Positions 49,701-60,320 of a stretch of DNA of 64,000 bases are shown here, in pieces. The notes below the pieces were generated by a model, which made no database searches, had not been told where the DNA came from, and saw only the letters and a program-made list of their open reading frames with translations. Source of the DNA: Pseudomonadota bacterium (lineage in GTDB: Bacteria; Myxococcota_A; UBA796; SXON01). The stretch covers positions 5,272-69,271 of the forward strand of contig JAUXTN010000246.1 in the NCBI GenBank assembly GCA_030684355.1, written 5' to 3'. A program made the position numbers and the translations under genes. The stretch's first letter is position 1. The number at the start of each line of letters is the position of its first letter.

Positions 49701-49925
49701 GCCATCGCGATGAACCTCTTCGGGCTGCTCCCCGTCCTGTTCAGCCAGGGCGTCGGCTCCGACATGGCCCGCCGCATGGCCGGGCCGATGTTCGGCGGCC
49801 TCGTCACCCTCACGTTCATGACCGCGCTGGTGCTCCCGGCAATGTGGGTGCTCTGGCGCACGCGGCAGCTCAAGAAAGGCACGCTCGCGGCCTCGTTGGC
49901 GGTGTCGAAGGCGCAAGAAGGGTGA
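46788..49925 (+). CDS. cusA: CusA Cu(I)/Ag(I) RND efflux permease
   Basis: DAIPDLSD, LGPDASAVGWVYQY, Met triad LLYMP / PLSMFET / VDMLTTG, GDMVDA. Confidence 0.95.
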   Translation: MLARIIDWSGRNRFLVILASLLATGAGLLAALRSPIDAIPDLSDPQVIVFSEWMGRSPQLVEDQVTYPLVTGLQALPGVKAVRGFTMFGMSFTYVLLQEGVDPYWARTRVSERLDVLKPRLPPDVEVSLGPDASAVGWVYQYVLVDRTGKLSVADLRTLQDWTLRFALEGVDGVAEVATLGGFEKQYQAVLDPERMRAAGITTSDVTSALARNNRDVGGRVIEEAGRELYVQGRGLVGDLADLDRVHVGLDPRGTPVALGSVASVEIGPDIRRGIADLDGKGEAVGGLVVARQGENALAVIDAVKARLAEVPLPDGVEIVPVYDRSDLIRGSVATLFESIGEEILIIALLLGVFLLHARSVLVPILVLPCAIAVAFIPMYFMGLTINIMSLAGIIIAIGDMVDAVVLLVENAARRIEDHPEEDRTEVVLAASKELGGPLVSSLLLIAVSFLPIFALEAQEGRLFTPLAWTKTFAMLAAALFTLTLAPALAVTLLRGKMPREAANPVNRALRALYRPIVGLATRHPWPFIAIAAIATAITVPVYNGLGREFMPPLYEGSLLYMPITVPGISAEQARTLLQAQDAFLVSIPEVERVIGKAGRAETATDPAPLSMFETIITLKPRDEWRPGVTVDDIIAEMEAGMDYPGVQNAFTMPIKARVDMLTTGIRTPVGVKVLGDDLQTINDAGERIEAALREVQGTRSVYAERQLAAVFVEVVPRRDDVLRYGASTDDVLDVVEMGLGGMPVGRIFDGRERYSLIARFGRDFRADEEGIRSLPVSTALGVVPLGTLADVNRVPGPAMLIDEGGRLAGYIYIDPGQRDLGGYVDEARKVVEGLGLDPSLQIQWTGQYEFLERAQERLAIMAPITIVLVFLLVYLSFRTIGETSIVLLTLPFSVLGSIWFLAAAGYDLSIASWVAMIALIGVGAEVGMVLAVYLDLGVKRALEKGEVLTPARLAEVAADSAAGRMRGMVLAIAMNLFGLLPVLFSQGVGSDMARRMAGPMFGGLVTLTFMTALVLPAMWVLWRTRQLKKGTLAASLAVSKAQEG

Positions 49926-52315
49926 CGAGCAACGGTCTCCCCACCCCCCACGGACTCACTGGCGCCGACGCCGCCGCGCGGCTCGCCGAGCACGGCCCGA
50001 ACGAGATCCGCCGGGAGGCCCGCACGCCTCTCTGGCGCATCCTCGCCCGGCAGTTCGCGAGCCCGATGATCGCGCTCCTTGCCGTCGCCGCCGGCGTGGC
50101 GTTCGCGCTCGGCGAGACGGTCGACGCCGTCGCGATCCTCGTGATCGTCGTGTTGAACGGCCTCGTTGGCTTCTTCCAGGAGCACCGCGCGGAGAACGCC
50201 GTCCTGGCGCTGCGAGCGATGACGGCCCCGCGCGCCCGCGTGCTCCGCGACGGACACGCCGTGGTCGTCCCCGCGCGCGACATCGTCGTGGGGGACGTGC
50301 TCCTTCTCGAGGCCGGGGACCTCGTGGCCGCGGACGCCCGCCTCGTCGAGGCGCACGCCCTCGGGGTGAACGAGGCCCCGCTCACCGGCGAGAGCGTGCC
50401 CGTCGAGAAGGATCCGACGCCGCTCCCCGAGGACGCCCCCCTGGCAGACCGTAAGGACCGCGTGTTCACCGGCACCGCGGTCGTCGCCGGCACCGGCCTG
50501 GCCGAGGTCTTCGCGACCGGCATGGACACGCAGCTCGGTCACATCGCCCACCTGCTGGAGACCGCCGAGGAGCAGGCGACGCCGCTCCAGGCACGGCTCG
50601 AGGTCGTCTCGCGCACGCTCATCAAGCTCTGCCTCGGAATCGTCCTGCTCGTGGCCATCCTCGGCTTCGCGCGGGGGATGAGCTGGCTCGAGGTGCTCCT
50701 CTCCTCCGTCTCGCTCGCCGTCGCGGCGGTGCCCGAGGGCCTCCCGGCGGTCGTGACCATCGCGCTCGCCGTGGGCGTGCAGCGGATGGCGGCGCGGAAC
50801 GTCCTCGTGCGCCGCCTGCCCGCCGTGGAGACGCTGGGATCGGCCACTGTCGTCTGCACCGACAAGACCGGGACACTGACCACCGGGCAGATGACGGTAC
50901 GCGAGCTCTGGGGCGAGAATCACGCGGCGCTCCTCTTCGCGGCAGCCGCCAACAACGACGCCGACCTTCCCGCCGGCACGGGCGACCCGACGGAGCTCGC
51001 TCTGCTCGAAGCAGCGCACGAACGGGGCGTAGAGCGAGAGGACATCGAGCGTGAGCGCCCCCGCGTGCACGTGAACCCCTTCGACTCCGAGCGAAAGCGC
51101 ATGTCCGTCCGGCGGACGGACGGCGTGCTCTACGTGAAGGGCGCGCCGGACCTCACCATCCCGCTGTGCACGCGAGGCACGGCGGGCGCGTTGGAGGCGA
51201 ACGCCGAGATGGCCGCGCGCGGGCTCCGGGTGCTCGCGGTCGCCACGGGAGCCGGGGACACTGAAGCCGACCTCACGCTCCTCGGCCTCGTCGGCATCGC
51301 GGACCCGCCCCGCACCGAGGCGATCGAGGCGGTCGCCAATGCGCGCGCCGCCGGCATCACGACGGTGATGATCACGGGCGACCATCCCGTCACCGCGCAG
51401 GCCATCGCCCGGGAGCTCGGCATCCTGCGGCCCGGCGAGCTCGCGGACGAGCGCGTCCACGCCCGGGTGACCCCCGAGGAGAAGCTCCGCATCGTGCGCG
51501 CGCTGAAGGCGAAGGGCGAGATCGTCGCGATGACGGGAGACGGCGTGAACGACGCCCCTGCGCTCCGCGAGGCGCACATCGGCATCGCGATGGGGAAGGC
51601 CGGCACCGAGGTGACGCGCGAGGCCGCGGACATGGTCCTCGCCGACGACAACTTCGCGAGCGTCATCGCGGCGGTGAGCGAGGGACGCGGGATCTTCGAC
51701 AACATCCGCAAGACGCTCGTGTACCTGCTCTCCGGGAACGCCGGAGAGCTGCTCGTGATGCTCGGCGCCGCCATCGCGGGACTGCCCCTCCCACTCCTCC
51801 CGATCCAGCTCCTCTGGATCAACCTGGTGACCGACGGACTCCCGGCGCTCGCGCTGGTCGTCGACCCAACGGACGCGGACGTGCTCAAGCGTCCGCCCCG
51901 GAAGCCGGACGAGCCGATGCTCGGCCGCCCAGAGTGGACGACCGTGGCGTTCACCGGTCTGCTCCAGGCCGTCGTCGCGCTGGGAGTTTTCGCCTGGGTG
52001 CTGCGGGAGGAAGGGCTCGCCGAGGCACGCAACATGGCGTTCACCACGCTGGTGTTCGGTGAGCTGTTCCGTGCTTTCGCGGCGCGGAGCCGGACGAAGC
52101 TGTTCTGGGAGGTCGGGGCGTTCAGCAACATGCGCCTCCTCGGCATCGTGACGTTCTCGGCCGCCCTCCAGATCGCCATGCACCACGTCCCCGTCGCGCA
52201 GGAGATCTTCGGGCTCACGCCCATCTCCCTTCGGGACTGCCTGCTCTCGATCGTGCTGGGGCTCATCCCCGTGAGCGTGCTCGAGCTCTCGAAGTTCTAT
52301 GGGAGGCGCGCGTGA
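49922..52315 (+). CDS. Type II (Ca2+-like) cation-transporting P-type ATPase
   Basis: TGES, VPEGLP, DKTGTLT, KGAP, TGDGVNDAP, WINLVTD; GTGA overlap with cusA. Confidence 0.93.
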   Translation: MTSNGLPTPHGLTGADAAARLAEHGPNEIRREARTPLWRILARQFASPMIALLAVAAGVAFALGETVDAVAILVIVVLNGLVGFFQEHRAENAVLALRAMTAPRARVLRDGHAVVVPARDIVVGDVLLLEAGDLVAADARLVEAHALGVNEAPLTGESVPVEKDPTPLPEDAPLADRKDRVFTGTAVVAGTGLAEVFATGMDTQLGHIAHLLETAEEQATPLQARLEVVSRTLIKLCLGIVLLVAILGFARGMSWLEVLLSSVSLAVAAVPEGLPAVVTIALAVGVQRMAARNVLVRRLPAVETLGSATVVCTDKTGTLTTGQMTVRELWGENHAALLFAAAANNDADLPAGTGDPTELALLEAAHERGVEREDIERERPRVHVNPFDSERKRMSVRRTDGVLYVKGAPDLTIPLCTRGTAGALEANAEMAARGLRVLAVATGAGDTEADLTLLGLVGIADPPRTEAIEAVANARAAGITTVMITGDHPVTAQAIARELGILRPGELADERVHARVTPEEKLRIVRALKAKGEIVAMTGDGVNDAPALREAHIGIAMGKAGTEVTREAADMVLADDNFASVIAAVSEGRGIFDNIRKTLVYLLSGNAGELLVMLGAAIAGLPLPLLPIQLLWINLVTDGLPALALVVDPTDADVLKRPPRKPDEPMLGRPEWTTVAFTGLLQAVVALGVFAWVLREEGLAEARNMAFTTLVFGELFRAFAARSRTKLFWEVGAFSNMRLLGIVTFSAALQIAMHHVPVAQEIFGLTPISLRDCLLSIVLGLIPVSVLELSKFYGRRA

Positions 52316-52620
52316 ACCAAGCGTTCCTCTCGCGCTTCGGCTGCTGCGGCCCGGACCACGTCCGAGGCGTCGTCCGGGAGCTCCTCGCCCACGGCGTGGC
52401 GCGCACGGCGCACGGCCACGGGGTGCGCCTCGTCGCGTTCGGCGCGTCGGGAGTCGTGCCGGGCGTCCTGACGATCCACTTCGGCCACGTCATCGACTTC
52501 CTCCGGACCTACGTCCGGGAGAACTGGGAGGAGATCATGGCCGGTCGAACGAAGGATCCGGCGCTCGACTGGATCGTCATCGAGGAGAAGGCGCGGAGGG
52601 GTCGTGACCGGGACGAATGA
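52312..52620 (+). CDS. Small hypothetical protein (possibly truncated remnant)
   Basis: 102-aa ORF coupled to the ATPase stop and overlapping the ldh start. Confidence 0.45.
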   Translation: MNQAFLSRFGCCGPDHVRGVVRELLAHGVARTAHGHGVRLVAFGASGVVPGVLTIHFGHVIDFLRTYVRENWEEIMAGRTKDPALDWIVIEEKARRGRDRDE

Positions 52621-53560
52621 CACAGTCCGGGTCGCGGTCGTCGGGGCGGGCCATGTGGGCGCGACCTTCGCGTTCGCGCTCGTGCTCTCCGGGCTCGCCT
52701 CCGACATCGTGCTCGTGGACGCCGACATGGCCCGGGCCGAGGGCGAAGCCATGGACCTCGACCACGCGATCCCCTACGGGCGCCCCGCGCGCGTCCACGC
52801 CGGGGGCCTCGACGCGTGTGCGGGTGCCGACGTGGTGGTGCTCACCGCGGGCGCGGGCCAACGGCCTGGCGAGACGCGCCTGGACCTCGCTGCGAAGAAC
52901 GCCGCCATCTTCCGTGGGCTGGTCCCGGAGATCGCGCGCCACGCGCCCGACGCGGTCCTCGTCGTCGCGACCAACCCCGTCGATATCCTGACGCTCGGCA
53001 CCCTGCGCATGTCCGGGTTCCCCCCAGCCCGGGTCATCGGCTCCGGGACGATCCTCGACACCGCCCGCCTCCGCTTCCTCCTCGGCCGCCACTTCGGCGT
53101 GGAGGCGCGGAGCGTGCACGCCCACGTGGTCGGGGAGCACGGCGACAGCGAGGTCGTCGTGTGGTCGACCGCCAACATCGCGGGCGTTCCGCTCGACGAG
53201 CTGTGTCGCGCCGGTACCCTCGCATGCGGCCCGGACGAGCGCGCGGAGATCGAACGCCAGACGCGCGTGGCCGCCTACGAGATCATCCGCCGGAAGGGCC
53301 ACACGGCCTACGCGATCGGCGCCGGCCTCGTGCGCCTCGTAGAGGCCATCGTCCGCGACCAGAAGACGGTGCTCTCGGTGTCGACCCTCCAGGAGGGGCC
53401 CTACGGGCTGTCGGGCGTGTGCCTGAGCTTTCCGACGGTCATCGGGCGAAGCGGCGCCGAGCGCGTGCTCCCCCTGCCGCTCTCGTCGGACGAGCAGGCC
53501 GCCCTGCTCCGCTCCGCGGAGACCATCCGGGAGGCGGGCATCGCCGTGGGGTTCGCGTGA
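52604..53560 (+). CDS. ldh: L-lactate dehydrogenase
   Basis: GAGHVG, GAGQRPGETRLDL (Gln = LDH specificity), NPVD, GTILDTAR, GEHGDS. Confidence 0.93.
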   Translation: MTGTNDTVRVAVVGAGHVGATFAFALVLSGLASDIVLVDADMARAEGEAMDLDHAIPYGRPARVHAGGLDACAGADVVVLTAGAGQRPGETRLDLAAKNAAIFRGLVPEIARHAPDAVLVVATNPVDILTLGTLRMSGFPPARVIGSGTILDTARLRFLLGRHFGVEARSVHAHVVGEHGDSEVVVWSTANIAGVPLDELCRAGTLACGPDERAEIERQTRVAAYEIIRRKGHTAYAIGAGLVRLVEAIVRDQKTVLSVSTLQEGPYGLSGVCLSFPTVIGRSGAERVLPLPLSSDEQAALLRSAETIREAGIAVGFA

Positions 53561-54522
53561 GGATCGCGGTCCTCACGAGCGGCGGCGACGCGCCGGGGAT
53601 GAACGCGGCGATCCGGGCCGTCGTCCGCACCGTGGACGGCGCGGGAGGCGAGGCCGTCGGCGTCCGACACGGCTTCGCGGGGCTCCTGGCGGCAGACTGG
53701 CTGCCCCTCGGGGCGCGGGATGTGGGCGGCATCGTCGACCGCGGCGGCACGATGCTCGGCAGCGCACGTTGCCCAGAGTTCCGCACTGCCGACGCCCAGC
53801 GGCGCGCAGCCGCCAACCTCAACGCAGCGGGCATCGACGGCGTCGTGGTCATCGGCGGCAACGGCAGCCAGACCGGCGCAAACGCGCTCGGGCGCCTCGG
53901 GTTGGCGGTGAACGGCGTGGCCTCGACCATCGACAACGACCTCGAGGGGACGGACATCACCCTCGGGGTCGACACCGCGTTGAACGTGGCCTTGGAATCG
54001 GTGGACCGCCTGCGCACGACAGCGGCGTCGCACGACCGAGCCTTCCTCGTCGAGGTGATGGGCCGCGACTGCGGCTACCTCGCGGTCGCGGCGGCGATCA
54101 CCGGTGGCGCCGAGGCGGTGGTCACGCCGGAGCTCCCCACTACCCCGGACGAGCTGGCTGCTACGCTCGCGGCCTCGCGCGCACGGGGGAAGCGGCACGC
54201 CATCGTGGTCGTCGCCGAAGGGGTTCCCGGCGGCGCGATGGGGTTCGCGCGCGCGTTCGCGGACCGCCCTGACCTCGGGCTCGACCTGAGAGTGACCATT
54301 CTCGGGCACGTGCTACGCGGCGCCCGGCCCGGCGCGTTCGACCGCCTTCTCGGCACGCGTCTCGGGAACGCCGCCGCCACCGCGCTCCTGGAAGGGCGGC
54401 ACGGATTCCTGTTCGGGCTCTCCGAGGAGACGATCCGCGCGGTGCCGCTGGCGCAGGTGGCGGGCCGCACACGTCCGCTCGATCCCGCGCTCCTCCGCCT
54501 GGCGGAGGTGTTGGCCCGGTAA
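53557..54522 (+). CDS. pfkA: ATP-dependent 6-phosphofructokinase
   Basis: TSGGDAPGMNAA, GGNGS, STIDND, EVMGR, VVAEG, LGHVLRG. Confidence 0.93.
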   Translation: MRIAVLTSGGDAPGMNAAIRAVVRTVDGAGGEAVGVRHGFAGLLAADWLPLGARDVGGIVDRGGTMLGSARCPEFRTADAQRRAAANLNAAGIDGVVVIGGNGSQTGANALGRLGLAVNGVASTIDNDLEGTDITLGVDTALNVALESVDRLRTTAASHDRAFLVEVMGRDCGYLAVAAAITGGAEAVVTPELPTTPDELAATLAASRARGKRHAIVVVAEGVPGGAMGFARAFADRPDLGLDLRVTILGHVLRGARPGAFDRLLGTRLGNAAATALLEGRHGFLFGLSEETIRAVPLAQVAGRTRPLDPALLRLAEVLAR

Positions 54523-54531
54523 GCTCCGACC

Positions 54532-54720
54532 CTACTTCTGGGTGGGCGACGCCTGCTTGTCGACGTAGCTGCGTGGATTCTCGTCGAAGCTGCCGGCGCA
54601 CACGTTCGAACAGAAGTAGTACGTGCGGCCCTCGAACTCCCGACGAGCCGCCGCCTTGCGTGGCTCCACGTCCATCCCGCAAACGGGGTCCTTCACGGTC
54701 TCCAACGTCTCGATGGGCAT
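54532..54720 (-). CDS. Stand-alone YHS domain protein
   Basis: DPVCGM...TYYFCSNVCAGSFDENPRSY. Confidence 0.88.
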   Translation of the reverse strand: MPIETLETVKDPVCGMDVEPRKAAARREFEGRTYYFCSNVCAGSFDENPRSYVDKQASPTQK

Positions 54721-54922
54721 CAGGGCTCTCCTCCACTCGGAATGCGCGCGCCCCTGCCCGTTGGCAACCCACGAATCGTTGCGAGGTCCGCGCAACCTAC
54801 GCACGTCTGGCCCCGTAAGCGTGATGTCGACGGATACACGGTGACCGTCGGAGTGCCACCGCTCGGACGCCTCAGCGACCGAAATACCGCCCTCCAAGGA
54901 CATCTTGGCGACCCACCGGACG

Positions 54923-54937
54923 CGGCACAGTCCGTGC
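54923..54937 (+). promoter_or_regulatory. Sigma54 -24/-12 promoter of copA
   Basis: CGGCACAGTCCGTGC, about 30 bp before ATG 54966. Confidence 0.7.
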
Positions 54938-54965
54938 ATACCCCGAGGGGATTCGCGGAATTCTC

Positions 54966-57413
54966 ATGCCCCCGTCTCCCCCTGCGCCGACTCTCGAACG
55001 CACATCGGATCCCGTCTGCGGCATGCAGGTGGACCCCGCGAAAGCCGCCGCCACCGCCGAGTACGGCGGGGCCACCTGGCATTTCTGCAGCAAGGGCTGC
55101 CACGCGAAATTCCAGGCCGATCCGGCGCGCTACACCGGGACGGGACTCGCCTCAAGCGCGGAGGCCGCTCCGTCCGGTGGCCACGGGACGCATGGACATC
55201 ACGACGTCCAGCCCCCCGCTGCTCGGGCGCCTCACGAGCCCGTATCGTTGAAGGCGGGCAAGTGGACCTGCCCCATGCACCCCCAGATCGTGCGGGACGG
55301 TCCCGGGTCGTGCCCGATCTGCGGCATGGCGCTCGAACCGATGGAGGTGACGGCCGAGGAGACGGGCCCCTCGCCCGAGCTCGTGGACATGACCCGTCGT
55401 CTCGTCGGCAGCGCGATCCTGACCGTTCCCGTCCTGCTCCTGGTGATGTCCGAGATGCTTCCCGGGCAGCCCGTCCAGCGGTTCATCCCGGCACAGGTGG
55501 ACGCCTGGATTCAGCTCGCGCTCGCCACCCCCGTCGTGCTCTGGGGTGGCTGGCCCTTCTTCGTGCGCGGCGCGGCCTCGGTGAAGAACCGCTCGCCCAA
55601 CATGTTCACGCTCATCGCTCTCGGGATCGGCGTGGCGTGGGCGTACAGCGTGTTCGCCACGTTGTTCCCCGGCGCGCTCCCCGAGGCCTTCCGGGGCCAC
55701 CACGGGCGGGTGCCGCTCTACTTCGAAGCCGCCGCGGTCATCACCACCCTCGTGCTCGTCGGACAGGTGTTGGAGCTCCGCGCACGCAGCCAGACGAGCG
55801 ACGCCATCAAGAAGCTCCTCTCGCTGGCCCCGCCGAGCGCCCGCATCGTCCGCGACGACGGGCGTGAAGAGGACGTGCCCGTCGAGCAGGTCCAGGTCGG
55901 CGACAAGCTCCGTGTGCGTCCGGGCGAGAAGGTCCCCGTCGACGGCACCCTCCTCGAAGGGGAGAGCCACGTCGACGAGTCGATGGTCACCGGCGAGCCG
56001 CTACCTGTGGCGAAAGGCACAGGCGACCGGGTCATCGGCGCCACCGTGAACACCGCCGGCGGCTTCCTCATGCGGGCCGAGCGCGTGGGCCGCGACACCC
56101 TCCTCGCACAGATCGTCCGGATGGTCGGCGAGGCCCAGCGCAGCCGCGCGCCCATCCAGCGCCTCGCCGACACGGTCTCGGCATGGTTCGTGCCACTCGT
56201 CATGCTCATCGCCGTCGCGACCTTCATCGTCTGGGCGCTGATCGGCCCCGAGCCGCGCTTCTCGTACGCGCTGCTCAACGCCGTGGCGGTGCTCATCATC
56301 GCGTGTCCTTGCGCGCTCGGACTCGCTACTCCGATGGCCATCATGGTCGGCACCGGGCGCGGGGCCACCGCGGGCGTCCTCGTCCGAGACGCCGAAGCGC
56401 TCGAGAACCTCGAGAAGGTCGACACGCTCGTCGTCGACAAGACAGGCACCCTGACGGAGGGGCGCCCAACGCTCGGTGCGGTCGAGGTTGTTTCATGGGG
56501 CGGGGGGCAGGCCCCCCGCAACGCCCCCCAGAACCCGCTGGATGTCGACACCCTCCTCCGCCTCGTCGCCAGCGTGGAGCGCGGCAGCGAACACCCGCTC
56601 GCCACCGCGATCGTGAAGGGCGCCGAGGCGCGGGGGCTGACGCTCGCGCCGCCGCAGGGCTTCAAGTCGCTCACCGGGCGGGGCGTGGAGGGCCAGGTGG
56701 ATGGACGCACCGTCCTCGCCGGCAACGCACGCCTGATGGAGGAACATGGGGTCGACGCCACCGCGCTGATCGCGCGTGCCGAGGCCCTACGCGCCGAGGG
56801 CCAGATCGCGATGCTCGTCGCCATCGACGGACTTCCCGCCGGCGTCGTCGCGGTCACGGACCCCATCAAGGAGTCGACGCCCGACACCATCCGGATGCTC
56901 CGCGCAGAAGGGCTGCGCGTCGTCATGCTCACCGGCGACAGCCGCACCACCGCCCTCGCGGTCGCCCGCAAGCTCGGCATCGACGAGGTCGAAGCCGAGG
57001 TACTCCCCGAGCAGAAGGCGGAGGTGATCCGACGCTTGAAAGCCGAGGGCCGGGTCGTGGCCATGGCGGGGGACGGCATCAACGACGCGCCCGCGCTCGC
57101 GTCCGCGGACGTTGGCATCGCGATGGGGACCGGCACCGACGTGGCGATGGAGAGCGCCGGCGTGACGTTGGTGAAGGGAGACCTGCGCGGCCTGGTCCGG
57201 GCCAGGCGGCTCTCGCGCGCAACGATGCGCGGCATCCGTCAGAACCTGGTGTTCGCGTTCGGCTACAACGCGCTGGGCGTGCCGATCGCGGCGGGGCTGC
57301 TCTTCCCCATCTTCGGCTGGCTGCTCTCGCCGATGATCGCCAGCGCAGCGATGAGCTTGAGCTCGGTGTCCGTGATCGCGAACTCGTTGCGCTTGCGGAA
57401 GGTGGAGCTGTAG
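54966..57413 (+). CDS. copA: Cu(I)-translocating P1B ATPase with YHS and CPMHP metal-binding domains
   Basis: [54 protein letters not shown]. Confidence 0.96.
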   Translation: MPPSPPAPTLERTSDPVCGMQVDPAKAAATAEYGGATWHFCSKGCHAKFQADPARYTGTGLASSAEAAPSGGHGTHGHHDVQPPAARAPHEPVSLKAGKWTCPMHPQIVRDGPGSCPICGMALEPMEVTAEETGPSPELVDMTRRLVGSAILTVPVLLLVMSEMLPGQPVQRFIPAQVDAWIQLALATPVVLWGGWPFFVRGAASVKNRSPNMFTLIALGIGVAWAYSVFATLFPGALPEAFRGHHGRVPLYFEAAAVITTLVLVGQVLELRARSQTSDAIKKLLSLAPPSARIVRDDGREEDVPVEQVQVGDKLRVRPGEKVPVDGTLLEGESHVDESMVTGEPLPVAKGTGDRVIGATVNTAGGFLMRAERVGRDTLLAQIVRMVGEAQRSRAPIQRLADTVSAWFVPLVMLIAVATFIVWALIGPEPRFSYALLNAVAVLIIACPCALGLATPMAIMVGTGRGATAGVLVRDAEALENLEKVDTLVVDKTGTLTEGRPTLGAVEVVSWGGGQAPRNAPQNPLDVDTLLRLVASVERGSEHPLATAIVKGAEARGLTLAPPQGFKSLTGRGVEGQVDGRTVLAGNARLMEEHGVDATALIARAEALRAEGQIAMLVAIDGLPAGVVAVTDPIKESTPDTIRMLRAEGLRVVMLTGDSRTTALAVARKLGIDEVEAEVLPEQKAEVIRRLKAEGRVVAMAGDGINDAPALASADVGIAMGTGTDVAMESAGVTLVKGDLRGLVRARRLSRATMRGIRQNLVFAFGYNALGVPIAAGLLFPIFGWLLSPMIASAAMSLSSVSVIANSLRLRKVEL

Positions 57414-57494
57414 GCCGGCGCTCGGGCACCGGAGCCACCGGCGCCCCTCCGTGCAACCTCGCCTCCGCACCGCGCAGCGGGTGCCCCGTTCCTG

Positions 57495-57935
<441 letters not shown>

Positions 57936-57974
57936 CGAACACCTCGCCGGAGAGTCTACCGCCGAGTGGGCTGC

Positions 57975-58697
57975 TCAGGGGGTGGTGGACGACGCGGCGG
58001 GCGCGAGCCGCTTCGCCCGCGCGAGGATGTCCTCAGCGGCGGCGGAGTCGTCCGAACGGATGGCGACCGCGAACCCCGTTCCCGTGGAGGACACGGTCGC
58101 GGTGGCGCCCTTCGGCACCAGCGGGCAGCTCGGCATCTCGGGCATGTCGTGCCCGACCGCCGCGTTCCGCGCGACGTGACAGTCCACCACGCGCTGGAGC
58201 CACTCGGCCGTCAGCCCCTCGACCGCGCGCACGGTGACCGTTGCGCCCACGATCCGGTGCTCGGGCGTCTTCCCGCCGCGATGCACGACGAGCGGCTCGA
58301 CGCTGGCGATGTCCGCGCTGTATTGCTCGAAGGGGCTCAGGTCGACGTCGGCGGGGTCGAGACCCACGCAGGCGCTCGCTTCCGCCTCACGGAGGGCCTC
58401 GGAAGCCGCGCGATGGTCGGCGGCCATCCGCCGGTGCTGCTCGGACTCGCGAAGATGAGCCTCCGTGGGGTTCGTCCAACACGGGCGCCGGCCCTTCCCG
58501 GCGCCGCAGAGGTCCTTCTCCAGCGGCGCGTTGGGGTCGAACTGCTCGGCGTGGGTCGTCGCCGCCTGCTCGTGCGTGCCGGCCTCGGCTTCGTGCTGGG
58601 TCTCGCCCATGTCGTGCGGCTTCGCGCCCGGGGTGCGGGCGGCGCAGGCGGCCAGCGCGAGGGGAAGGAGCAGGACCAGAGCAAGACGGACGGTCAT
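57975..58697 (-). CDS. Conserved hypothetical lipoprotein (paralog of 41896..42621)
   Basis: LAAC lipobox; PHDM..QHE, CWTNPT, GLTAEWLQRVVDCH. Confidence 0.8.
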   Translation of the reverse strand: MTVRLALVLLLPLALAACAARTPGAKPHDMGETQHEAEAGTHEQAATTHAEQFDPNAPLEKDLCGAGKGRRPCWTNPTEAHLRESEQHRRMAADHRAASEALREAEASACVGLDPADVDLSPFEQYSADIASVEPLVVHRGGKTPEHRIVGATVTVRAVEGLTAEWLQRVVDCHVARNAAVGHDMPEMPSCPLVPKGATATVSSTGTGFAVAIRSDDSAAAEDILARAKRLAPAASSTTP

Positions 58698-58727
58698 TCG
58701 GATCTCCGGGGAACGAGTGGGACCTAT

Positions 58728-58742
58728 GCACGACACGTGCCA
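58728..58742 (-). promoter_or_regulatory. Sigma54 -24/-12 promoter
   Basis: TGGCACGTGTCGTGC on the minus strand, 30 bp before ATG 58697. Confidence 0.8.
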
Positions 58743-58796
58743 CGTCGAACGGCAGGGCCGGCTGTGACCCTGGCGATCGGCGTGTGACCTCGGATG

Positions 58797-60254
58797 TCAC
58801 ATCCCGTCGTCCATCCCGTCCTCCACCATCAGCATGCCAGCCATGCCTAGCTCCGCGTGCTCGAGGATGTGGCAGTGGTACATCCAGTCCCCCGGGTTGT
58901 CCATCTCGCTCGCCAGGGTGACCGAGGCGTAGGGCGGGATGTCGAAGGTGTCCTTCCAACCTGACAAGGCGGGCGGGATGCCGTCGACGTCGAGCACCTG
59001 GAACCGGTTTCCATGGATGTGGAAGGGGTGGTGCATCTCGGAGTCGTTCTGGACCACGAACGTCGCGGCAACGTCGGCGGACGCCTGCACTTCCGGCACG
59101 TCCGGGTAGGAGAAGCCATCGACGGTGACGATGCCGTTCTCCATGTCCTCGTCGAGAACCCAGGTGTGCACCAGGGGCTCCTCGCCGGTGAAGGACGGGA
59201 GGTCGTCCGAAGGGAGCGTCATGGGCGTGGGCGTGCCCGCCTCGTCGCCGATCACGAAGGTCATCACGGGGTTCTCGCCCTCGCCCATCGGGTCGTACTC
59301 GACCATGTGGGCGTCTTCAGCGTGGAGCTGGAAGCGGGCGCTCATGAGCCGCAGCTCGTCGCCCGGGGCGCCGACCCAATCGACCGCCACGATGTACCGC
59401 TCGCCCGGCGAGACCACGAGGTGGTCCACGGGCACCTCCTCGCCGAGCCAGCCGCCGTCGGTCCCCACGACCCGCATCTGCTGGCCTTCGAGGGTGAGAT
59501 CGAAGTGGCGCGCGTTCGCCGCGTTCACGAGCCGGAGCAGCATCGTTTCGCCGGCCTTCACCTCGACGCGGCGGTCCGAGCGGCCGTTCGCCAGGATCAG
59601 GTTCCCGAGGCGGCCCATGAGCTGCATGTGCTCGGTGTCCTTCGGGGCGATCTGCATCGTGTCCTCGTCGAGGAGGATGTCGTCGAGCACCACGGGGAGG
59701 TCGCAGTCGACCCGGGGCTCGTCCGGGTGGTGCACGATGATGCGGCCGTATAGCCCGCGCTCGAGGTCCTGCTCCGTCGCCATGTGAGGGTGGTACCAGT
59801 AGAAGCCGGCATCCACCATCGGGATCTCGTAGGTGAACGAGCCGCCGGCGGGGACCATGTCGATCATGCGCGCGGCCCCGTCCATGGCGTCCGGCGCGCG
59901 GAAACCGTGCCAGTGGACCGTGGAGTCGTACTCGAGCCCGTTCGTGAACTCGGCGCGCAGCGTCTGGCCCAGGTCGAGCTCCAGTACCGGCCCAGGGATC
60001 TCGGCGTTGTAGGCGAGGCCGTCCGTCAGCATCGTGCCCGTACCGGGGTCCCACTCGAAGGGAGCCTGGGCGAGGTCGACCGCGACCACATCGTCGGCGG
60101 GGTCGAGGTCGGTTGCGGGCGTGTACCCGCAGCGCTCCGTGGGGAGGGGCAAGGGGTCGCCGGTGTCGTCGTCGCCCGCAGAGTCCGCGGGGCTGTCCGA
60201 AGTCTTGTTCCCGGTGCAGGCGGGGAGGAGGAGGGCGAGGAGCGGGAGGAGCAT
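58797..60254 (-). CDS. Multicopper oxidase lipoprotein
   Basis: HWHG, WYHPH, HPFHIHG, HCHILEHAELGM. Confidence 0.95.
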   Translation of the reverse strand: MLLPLLALLLPACTGNKTSDSPADSAGDDDTGDPLPLPTERCGYTPATDLDPADDVVAVDLAQAPFEWDPGTGTMLTDGLAYNAEIPGPVLELDLGQTLRAEFTNGLEYDSTVHWHGFRAPDAMDGAARMIDMVPAGGSFTYEIPMVDAGFYWYHPHMATEQDLERGLYGRIIVHHPDEPRVDCDLPVVLDDILLDEDTMQIAPKDTEHMQLMGRLGNLILANGRSDRRVEVKAGETMLLRLVNAANARHFDLTLEGQQMRVVGTDGGWLGEEVPVDHLVVSPGERYIVAVDWVGAPGDELRLMSARFQLHAEDAHMVEYDPMGEGENPVMTFVIGDEAGTPTPMTLPSDDLPSFTGEEPLVHTWVLDEDMENGIVTVDGFSYPDVPEVQASADVAATFVVQNDSEMHHPFHIHGNRFQVLDVDGIPPALSGWKDTFDIPPYASVTLASEMDNPGDWMYHCHILEHAELGMAGMLMVEDGMDDGM

Positions 60255-60320
60255 GGGGGCCTCGGTGTGACGGGGCGGGTCACGGACCGGCCGGTCGCGG
60301 CGGGTCCACAGACACCCTTA

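Noticed and set aside
45591-49916. 1441-aa antisense ORF and similar long ORFs (e.g. 10938..14729, 49505..52186)
   Set aside because: High-GC shadow ORFs opposite well-supported genes, with no motifs
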